IMG/VR virus record: IMGVR_UViG_3300016659_000057
Coordinates: 19,446-83,445 of that record
Reading direction: 5' to 3' (one strand)
Length of the DNA: 64,000 bases
DNA from: a virus
Lineage: Duplodnaviria > Caudoviricetes
The notes beneath the pieces were generated by a model. That model saw only the letters and a list, made by a program, of their open reading frames with translations. It had not been told where the DNA came from and did no database searches. How positions within the stretch are numbered: position 1 is the stretch's first letter; each line of letters opens with the position of its first letter. Below, piece by piece: positions 63,852 through 64,000 of this stretch. The translations under genes and the position numbers were made by a program.

Positions 63852-64000
63852 ATGCGCGAACAGAATTACGCAGTGAATGGCAACGCGCAGGCTGAGCAGC
63901 TTGAAGTCAGCCGCGTGTTGCGCAACACCTACGGCTTGCTCGCCCTTACCCTCGCATTCAGCGGCGTGATGGCTTACGTGGCCCAGCAGATGCGCGTCGG
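63852..64000 (+). CDS. yccA: Bax inhibitor-1/YccA family membrane protein, partial (host gene)
   Basis: VLRNTYGLLALTLAFS motif; AAGGAG RBS; serT-yccA adjacency. Confidence 0.88.
   Translation, partial: MREQNYAVNGNAQAEQLEVSRVLRNTYGLLALTLAFSGVMAYVAQQMRV

Noticed and set aside
1-64000. IS elements, transposases or frameshifted structural genes
   Set aside because: No transposase motifs or terminal inverted repeats with target duplications were seen; core phage genes appear full length by eye.

Overview
Pseudomonas-like chromosomal window almost entirely filled by two temperate phage elements integrated in tandem at a tRNA-Ser(TGA) gene next to yccA. 1..~6911 is the right-hand end of element A: accessory genes, a PAPS-reductase-like gene, a multi-domain HNH nuclease, and DUF4224 xis + tyrosine integrase. 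~6912..63671 is an apparently complete ~57 kb lambdoid siphovirus prophage B. Its terminase, head, tail, lysis, replication and cro genes are on the minus strand; cI, early/recombination genes and xis-int are on the plus strand. The standout is a complete diversity-generating retroelement (DGR) in the early operon of prophage B: two tandem DUF1566/C-type-lectin-like target genes, avd, a 105-nt template repeat and an RT. VR1 differs from TR at 16 positions, all TR adenines; VR2 differs at 14 positions, 13 of them TR adenines. Neither target is a tail gene. Other notable items: a twice-repeated RNA stem-loop with covarying stems in the PL leader, an 18-aa peptide conserved in both elements, a C2H2 zinc-finger mini-gene, a paralogue array behind cI, an IrrE-DUF4411 pair, and compensatory changes in the duplicated tRNA half. 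All family assignments come from motif recognition by eye; no database searches were run.
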